DNA of 38,887 nt from contig JAUCBJ010002797.1 in assembly GCA_032718475.1 (NCBI GenBank), forward strand, positions 1-38,887. The letters are read 5' to 3'. The DNA comes from Nemertoderma westbladi (lineage: Eukaryota; Animalia; Xenacoelomorpha). The position numbers were made by a program, and so were the translations under genes. The notes under the pieces are model-generated. The model worked only from the letters and a program-made list of their open reading frames with translations, had not been told where the DNA came from and ran no database searches. Shown here one piece after another: positions 35,200-38,887 of this stretch (within the stretch, counting starts at the first letter, position 1; the number at the start of each line of letters is the position of its first letter).

Positions 35200-37053
35200 C
35201 TATCTGTTCCTCTGGGGATAGTCCCCCCTGGCGTCCTCTTCCCTGGGTCGTTTCTTGGTTACCACCGTTCCTCTGGGATCCGCTTTCTGCTTTCGGACCT
35301 TCGCTGCCACCTCCTTGCTGATCCCGGTCGTTGGCTCCTTGGGCGCTGGTGTTATTAGTGCCCGATATCGCTTCGCCGGTGGCCCCTCAGAGTGGCCCGG
35401 TTGTCTCCCTCTGGTGGCGTCCCATAGGATCATTTTCATTGCTTGTGGTACGTGCTCCGCCAAGAAATCCCTAAACTCCCTTCGGTTCTCTGGCGTCCAC
35501 CTGTCCAAATATCTTTGCGTGTTCATCACTCCGGCGTACGACGCCGCCGTTGCTACCTCTTGGTAGGTAAATGGTAGCCTTCGCTTTATGATCTCCATGT
35601 GAGTCTCCTGATTGATAAGGAAGAAACCCCACTTGAACTCCTGGGCCTTCATGCGCTGGCGCGTCATGGCCCCGACGTCGGCCCACTCCTCGAATCTTGT
35701 GAACTTCTCCTCGTCGTTCATCCAGTCGCACTCGCGTCCGTAGTGTCCCCGAAAGTGGCACTTTGGACATCGGTTATGCAACCGTGGACACGCCCCCATC
35801 CTGTGGCTTGGTTCTCGGCAGTAGAGACAAAAGGTTCCCTTCTGGAACCGGTATAGGCAGCTCCTTTCCCGATGGGTCTGTCTCCCACAGTAGTCGCAGC
35901 CGAGTACCAATGTCTCCCGTCCCACCTCGTCTTTCGTCCCAAGCAATCTCCGCGGTCTGTGGAGTCGCTGGTAGGCGAACTTCTCTACGTTGGTCTCTCT
36001 ATCTACGTCGATCTCTCCGCCCCTCTCGGGCATCGTCTCCCCGAATACTACCCGTGGTGCCGTCCCCGGTTGCTCGCCCAACCTGATAGTGCTCCCCGCG
36101 AAATCCATCGCCGGGTCCTCGTGCACCCAGGTCCGCTTGCCGGATCTGTTCCAGAAGGCCCTCGCCCCACTGGCCGTCACCACCCTTCCGCCAACCCAGT
36201 CCGTGTCCGAGTGGCCTATCCTCTCGATGGGCGGCATCTCTCCGAACTCGTCGTCGTCGTCCTCCTCTTCTGGTAGTGTCTCCAACCCCGGTATCCCGAT
36301 GGATCCACTATGTCCCTTCCCGCCTTGGCTCTCGCCCGTAGCTCTCCATCCCTCTAGCTCCCTTAACTTCCTTGGCGGTTGGTCGCCCTCGGCGCCCGCT
36401 GGTATGGGCATCGTTTGCAACCCCGACGTCGACTGTTTCGGCGATCCCACCGTCCATCCCAATTCTCGCCCTAGAGACTCCCCCGAACTCCCTGACGAAG
36501 TCCAATGAAGTTCGTCTAGGCCTGCCTGTTCCTCGAAGCCGTAACTCTGTGTCCTGGCCTCCTCTTCCCTCTCCTCTGCTTCTATCCTCTCCCGTCTAGC
36601 GACTTCTTCCAGTCGCTTTGCTTCTCGTCTATCCGTCTCTAGCTGCTCCCATCTCTGATACGGTGTATCTGTCTCCCCGTCTACCAGATGCCGGCTGTTG
36701 TAGTACACCGACTCGCCCTTCAGCCCCGGGTGGTCTACCAGACCGTCAAAGGCCGTCTTAAAGGCTCTCCTGTAGCTTAGGGGTGATCCCGATAACAGAA
36801 ATGCCCCTGGTTCCCTCTCGATAACCACGGTCATGAATAAGTTAAGCAAACTTATCATCATCCAGTCCTCCTGCAGGATATATCGCTTCTGATATACCTT
36901 TATCGCTCCCCTGCAGAACTGATATACCTCCTGCTTTCCCGGTCTCGCTCCCCACTTTAGCGAGTTCGCTAGTTCTGCTCCGTATTCTTCCCTAAACTTC
37001 CCCCAATCCATCGGTTTGTGGCATACGAGCCCCAATAGCTTTCCCATTGCCAC
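35200..37053 (-). CDS. 617-aa protein with three CCHC zinc knuckles (retroelement-associated nucleic-acid-binding protein); first ATG at 37047
   Basis: CDYCGRQTHRERSC, CLYCREPSHRMGAC and CPKCHFRGHYGREC all fit CX2CX4HX4C. It also has a charged coiled-coil-like segment and a basic C-terminus. The 1.85-kb frame is uninterrupted. Confidence 0.8.
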   Translation of the reverse strand: MAMGKLLGLVCHKPMDWGKFREEYGAELANSLKWGARPGKQEVYQFCRGAIKVYQKRYILQEDWMMISLLNLFMTVVIEREPGAFLLSGSPLSYRRAFKTAFDGLVDHPGLKGESVYYNSRHLVDGETDTPYQRWEQLETDRREAKRLEEVARRERIEAEEREEEARTQSYGFEEQAGLDELHWTSSGSSGESLGRELGWTVGSPKQSTSGLQTMPIPAGAEGDQPPRKLRELEGWRATGESQGGKGHSGSIGIPGLETLPEEEDDDDEFGEMPPIERIGHSDTDWVGGRVVTASGARAFWNRSGKRTWVHEDPAMDFAGSTIRLGEQPGTAPRVVFGETMPERGGEIDVDRETNVEKFAYQRLHRPRRLLGTKDEVGRETLVLGCDYCGRQTHRERSCLYRFQKGTFCLYCREPSHRMGACPRLHNRCPKCHFRGHYGRECDWMNDEEKFTRFEEWADVGAMTRQRMKAQEFKWGFFLINQETHMEIIKRRLPFTYQEVATAASYAGVMNTQRYLDRWTPENRREFRDFLAEHVPQAMKMILWDATRGRQPGHSEGPPAKRYRALITPAPKEPTTGISKEVAAKVRKQKADPRGTVVTKKRPREEDARGDYPQRNR

Positions 37054-38391
37054 CGCCCCGCATTGGCCTGTGTTTTCGACTACTGTTCGCGCTTTTGAAG
37101 ACCTTTAGCAGTTTAACCTGCCAAAATTTATATGTCTTTTAGTTAATTAACACACCTTTAGCATACGACAATATTTTATGCTAATAAACAAAACATTAGC
37201 CGAAGCCAGCCCATGCGCGATCATTCACCCGATGGATCTACACCCGGGAGGCTGAATTCGGATGCTTAGATTTTATTATTGCAGTGTAAGGTTGCAGTGT
37301 AAACCTATTGTATTATTCGATAGATCACTAATAATTAATTTCTGACAGATATTATTAACTTTCGGGAAATATTAACAGTTCCTTTAGGACGTGGCGCTCT
37401 ATCTATTTAAACAGAGCTAGGACTTATACTAAACGCAACGATAAGGCTTATGATTAAAGTATAAGTCGCATTCTTTAGGAAATGCTTTGTTACCAGTCAC
37501 ATCACACTCACAATCATGCACACTATTCTGCCGACCGTCAGTATATTTGATCACACATAAAGAGAACAGCAATTGACTCAGGTAGTGTCTACTAAATAAC
37601 ATTAGATTCAATACACACCACATTGATATAAATCGCAATTGTTATATATAGCCCGCCTCTCTAACCTGTAGTGTATCAAGAAAATTGGGAATTTTGGGTG
37701 ATTTATCCGTATTCTCCAAAGAGCAATATTTCCATCAACAAATAGATACAATTAATAACTGACGGTAAATAGCAGTACAAACAATATGATTAGTGCAGTT
37801 AAATTAAGTGAGGTAACACCGCCGGTAACAGTTATACTTTCTATAATCTAAGCAGTTTTACTAGAGTTCTTAGAGCCGGTGTTTCTGGCTTAGACAGCAA
37901 TAACAACAAAGTATCAAGTAAAAACAGTAAGACTGAACACTCTCCTTATGATCGGCCGAAAAGCTACACGTCGACAGGAAAAATCGCTCTGATTGGCTCA
38001 AGCCAAACAAAGAACTATGCGTCCAATGGATGTTTCCATGTCAGCAACCAGCTGTTAGATGTCGTAATATGAATCATCACGGCTAAGCTGTGAAAGGTAG
38101 TTGGTGCATTACAGGTTTTTTGCCTTACCATGTCCGCCAAAACACGTATATAGCAGAATGACTTTTATGTCCGTTAAAACACCTGTAACGGTACCTTGCG
38201 GGCGAGGGGAATATATATACAGTTAGAGAACCTTTTTAGAGTATTCCAGCGCCTGGGGGGAAACTGGATTGCGAAGCAAAAGGGGCCAGTTATATCCCAC
38301 AGAAGCTTTTACACCGCTCCCAGAAAATGGGATTTGAGTCTATAAATATACAAAAATCACAGTTTCTAATATACGTAAATACTCTAAACAG

Positions 38392-38886
38392 TTAGTCTTT
38401 CTTGCGCGGACGGCGTTTACGCAGTTTTTTAAAGCTAGCAAGAGTCCTTTTCTCTTTGGGGCGAGCCACTTTACGAGGAGGGCTATAACTCCTGGGTGAA
38501 GGGTGCAATATGATTGCATCAGAAGGTATGGGATTGCGATCGGTATATCCGCCGGTCGAAGTACCGGGTTGATTGACATCAACGTCCGGGGAGAGGGGTC
38601 TAACGGCTTTGAGAGCTCGTTTCAAGACAGCCGCTCTTACGGGTCCTTTACGAGTGGTCTGAACGAGGGCCGTGGGTGGACCATAGGCAGTTAGAAACTT
38701 CCTTGGTTTAATGGTTCTTTCCAACTCGCGTTCGCGGGCTCGGTACTCGTAAGGCCGTCGATATACTTCCTGTAACTCAGGGTGTGAGTTGACAAATAAG
38801 TCTCCATAGGCCGGATCTTGACGGATAAAGTTTATTAAGTTATACGAATTGATGTCACTCGGATTAATGCTCCTGAGGAATTTGCG
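38392..38886 (-). CDS. C-terminal part of an unidentified protein with a Pro-rich, very basic tail; 5' end outside the window
   Basis: The frame stays open upstream of the listed start to the window edge (RKFLRSINPSDINSYNLINFIRQDPAYGDLFVNSHPELQEVYRRPYEYRAREREL...) and ends in an NLS-like FKKLRKRRPRKKD. Confidence 0.5.
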   Translation of the reverse strand, partial: RKFLRSINPSDINSYNLINFIRQDPAYGDLFVNSHPELQEVYRRPYEYRARERELERTIKPRKFLTAYGPPTALVQTTRKGPVRAAVLKRALKAVRPLSPDVDVNQPGTSTGGYTDRNPIPSDAIILHPSPRSYSPPRKVARPKEKRTLASFKKLRKRRPRKKD

Positions 38887-38887
38887 T

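Larger units (their letters stand above)
33937..38887 (-). mobile_element. 3' portion of an LTR retroelement with intact ORFs, extending beyond the right edge
   Basis: 3' LTR plus PPT, then a co-oriented GC-richer intact 617-aa ORF and a further co-oriented ORF open at the window edge. Membership of 37100-38887 in the element is inferred. Confidence 0.55.

Noticed and set aside
34571-36599. Many overlapping short ORFs in the GC-richer region
   Set aside because: Such ORFs are expected in GC-rich or pyrimidine-tract sequence and antisense to the 617-aa ORF, and they show no motifs.
38457-38469. TGGGGCGAGCCAC match to the shared MITE end motif
   Set aside because: It is an isolated 13-bp match inside an open reading frame with no partner arm, probably chance.

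Overview
Eukaryotic, probably invertebrate, repeat-dense DNA. It contains no prokaryotic gene organisation and no CRISPR array. Positions 1-21066 are a single ~21-kb tandem array of a 57/58-bp unit (about 365 copies) that grew directly out of the integrase C-terminus of a decayed minus-strand Ty3/Gypsy element (21067-23232). Next come an AT-rich mosaic repeat, an intact intronless gene with seven C2H2 zinc fingers (24901-25992) and a 42-bp minisatellite. A nested transposon cluster follows. Its core is a 4.9-kb hAT-like element (28446-33380; perfect 13-bp TIRs, 8-bp TSD TGCGAATG) that splits an older integrase tail. This element carries the 5' half of an intronless SLC22-type transporter gene plus several MITE/foldback elements, a Pack-type architecture. 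The right end holds the 3' LTR and PPT of a younger-looking minus-strand LTR element. Its last ORF, in the env position, encodes a 617-aa protein with three CCHC zinc knuckles. All calls were made by eye; no database searches were run.
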